From positions 682,180 to 746,179 of the forward strand of contig JAQGDQ010000005.1 in NCBI GenBank assembly GCA_030141605.1: a DNA stretch of 64,000 nt, given 5' to 3'. Shown piece after piece: positions 61,201-64,000 of the stretch (the stretch's first letter is position 1; every line of letters begins with the position of its first letter). Position numbers and translations under genes: made by a program. The notes below the pieces were generated by a model. That model saw only the letters and a list, made by a program, of their open reading frames with translations, was not told the origin of the DNA and did no database searches. The stretch comes from Tubiluchus corallicola. Its lineage: Eukaryota; Animalia; Priapulida.

Positions 61201-63336
61201 GTAAACAGTCAGAAGTAGTATGGCGAATAAAACTACTCAGAGTGAGTATTAAACTGGTTCACACTCTAATCAGCCCTCATGCTTTTCATAACTTTGACTA
61301 GACTTTAGCTTGTACGTTTTACCTGTTGATGACTCACCCATCACTTAAATAATGCACATGCAATAGTGTAGTAAGATAGGCCCCCATATTCAGTGTTTAA
61401 TGAACATCTTACATTTGATTGCAGATTAATAAGCTTTACAGTTAAGATTCGCACAGAGCTGAGATTTACGCAGATTTTTCAATAAGTTGATGTGTGTCCG
61501 CGAGATTACTCAAACACGGACACTTATTTCTTTCATTGTGTCGCAGGATGCCTATTTGGACGGGCTCTTAATTAGGCATGGGCACTAAAAAGAGTAAATA
61601 CGGTATTTAAATAAACATGCAATGTAGAGCTCATTAAGTTAACTTAGTTGCTTACACTTACGTTGCCGTGAAATCAACCGTAACATTTTCCGCAGGTAAA
61701 GTCTGCACTCCATCTAGTGTAACGTAGATCTTTACCATCTTTCCACTGTCTTCCCAAGCTGCAAAATGTGCCAGTGATTTGACTTCCAGTGATTAGATAA
61801 AATAATGCACCAGTGTTTTGCAGAAAAAACATGGTACACGTAAAAAGTAGCCAAGCAAATGCATAAAAATGATGAAAACTAAAAATGAACTACAAAAAAT
61901 AACAAATATAGTTAACTGTTGTTATTTATAATGTTGACCAATAAAGCATAACTGACTACATTCTTTGCCTAAGACGGTTTAACCTCATACATAATTCGTC
62001 TCTATAAAAAATTATCCACAATTTTCATTGAAATTTGTAAATAGTGGATTTACCATAAGTACTAAGCTTTACAAAATAACCCGGTGGTGACTTTTTGATA
62101 ATAGCTGGCTTTGATTCATCTGGTACATCACCCAGGTTTTCCTTCTCACTCTTTTCCTAGTGTAAAAAAACAGTGAAATACATTGCAAAAGCATTCAAAT
62201 TTAACTTCAAAAATTTCAAGTTTTCTGCAAAACTTAACTATGCAGACAAAGCAGTGGTTGATTAAGCCTCAAGGAATACTAGAGTGGTTTATCAGTTAGA
62301 GATAAGGGTGAAGTAGTAATGCATCTGAACCATCAATGCTCTCATGGACAAATTTTCCACTCATTTGAAATGAAAAAATCATGGTGATGATGAGAAATGA
62401 TCTATTTTAGCAGTCAAATTCTCGCCTTTTCAGTATGGATTTCATTTAGATTTTTTATACGATTTCGTACTTTGCAACCTATAGTTAAGCGCACAGTAAC
62501 ATGGCCTACCCAATGTAGAAAGTTATAACAGGCCAGAACTTAACTATCTCACCTTGAATGATAATCATCTCTAACAAACCAAAAGAGGCCAACATACATA
62601 TCTCAGCCACATTCACATCTATGTAGTTATACAACCAACCCTCAGCAAGGTGAATACGTGTGGATAGTATGGAAGGCGAAACTGCCCAAAGCCAGTATTG
62701 ATCTTTGTGAGTTGGCGGTCACTATGTTCTGTTCACTGATGAGAGTCAGCATTGTTTAACTTCAATCGTCTAACTCACACAATAACAAATTCGATATTCG
62801 CCTCGGGCAAAATATTTCAGGTAACATAGCTTACTGGTACAAAGACCATCATTAGTAACCAATACTGAAATTATGACTGGCATTTTTAAATTTGCATAGC
62901 TACAAAGTTTCATTTGGATTATTGGAACAGAAAGACATTTAAACAAATTTACCATTTAAAAGCACCAAAATAACTGAAGTTTCAAAGTACTAATATCTAA
63001 GCAATATAATAAAAAAAATAATTAAGTGTCAGCTAACAAAAACTCGAGCCAGTAGAAAACATAAATTTATGGAATGCCATTCAAACATACTGACTCGCAA
63101 AAATTTATCAATTCAAAATCATATTGGAACAATAACATTTACACTCACTGACATTTAAATAACTAAAATCACCTATAGCTCAATGAAATATTTTTATATA
63201 CAATAACAGCATGAATTACCTTGTGTTGAGAGATTTCCGTCTCTAATTTCTGTATACAAGATGCAAGCAAACTTCTAACTCTGCTTCTCGAAGCACTATC
63301 CAATAGCCTCTTAAGTTCGGTAACATCCTGAGTCAA
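58298..63336 (-). CDS. CACYBP: Calcyclin-binding protein / Siah-interacting protein; first exon not identified (upstream, possibly outside the window)
   Basis: Exons 63220-63336, 62054-62156, 61662-61758, 60565-60664, 60267-60364, 58298-58463. Peptides: [39 protein letters not shown] (CS domain), [28 protein letters not shown] (SGS domain). Confidence 0.93.
59184..59390. mobile_element. Decayed Tigger/pogo-like MITE fragment
   Basis: CAGTATAATTCACTTACAAC..GTTATAACGAGC start with repeated TAT(A/T)A(C/T)GAG motifs. Confidence 0.35.
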
Positions 63337-63458
63337 CTGGAAAAAATCAAATCATGATATGCAAGCAAACTTGTAACTCTGCTTCTCGAAGCACTATTCA
63401 ATAGCCTCTTAAGTTTGGTAACATCCTGAGTCAAATGAAAAAAATCAAATCATGATAT
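63261..63458. repeat. Tandem duplication, 2 x 98 bp, spanning a CACYBP intron/exon junction
   Basis: ATGCAAGCAAACTT...AAAAAATCAAATCATGATAT at 63261 and again at 63359, with a few substitutions. Confidence 0.92.
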
Positions 63459-64000
63459 CAAATCAATGGTGACTGCTAGACCATTAAAAAAACTAGGTTA
63501 ATATTAACTATTTGTCAACCAAGTATCTGTTAACTGGTCACTTCATGTGTTGATTTATAATACAAATACATGTACTTACAAGCCCACAATGGACATTCGT
63601 AAACTTTTGTGATAAATAAATAGACGCTGACTAGTAATAATAAGAGATAAAAAACACTAATCTGTGATCAGTTATCATTGTGACTGGTGGTATAATGAGC
63701 AGGTTATTCACATTATTCTCTAACATCATGCAGGAAAAATAAGTGAAAATTGCAATAAATCTTTTACAGTTTTTATTTTATTTTACAGATTTTGTTATAA
63801 AATTACATCTTATACAAATGTAAGTTATGGTAAATTTGGCGGTACACTAGGTTCTGTGGTTCAACAAAACTTCAGTAAATAGTGACAACATAGAACTGCT
63901 CATGACTGACTAGTTACCAAAAACTCACACACTCACGCATTAAGCAAACTGTAGTTTCACTGATATTCGTGATCCATATAAGAATGTGAAATTTTCGGAA

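Overview
Eukaryotic, AT-rich animal DNA, most likely an invertebrate, with spliceosomal introns; no prokaryotic features. Six protein-coding genes were rebuilt exon by exon by eye: the 5' end of axonemal dynein heavy chain DNAH2 (-, runs off the left edge), CHMP7 (+, intronless CDS), syntaxin-6 STX6 (+, 8 exons, one U12-type minor intron), selenocysteine elongation factor EEFSEC (-, 11 exons), WDR47 (+, one GC-AG intron, head-to-head with EEFSEC) and CACYBP/SIP (-, first exon not found). Introns and intergenic DNA hold a CR1-type LINE with a nested insertion, decayed Gypsy and BEL/Pao LTR elements, several MITE/foldback elements, tandem duplications and microsatellites. The most interesting signals concern RNA processing. 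(1) The STX6 U12 intron contains a second U12-type acceptor, a stop-containing cassette and nested U2 sites, a candidate minor-spliceosome-linked poison exon or twintron. (2) A near-identical inverted repeat pair brackets two EEFSEC exons whose joint skipping keeps the frame. (3) A CACYBP intron/exon duplication has lost the AG in its extra acceptor. (4) Spliced-looking exons lie downstream of the CACYBP stop. Gene names come from recalled protein motifs, not database searches, and all regulatory proposals are inferences.
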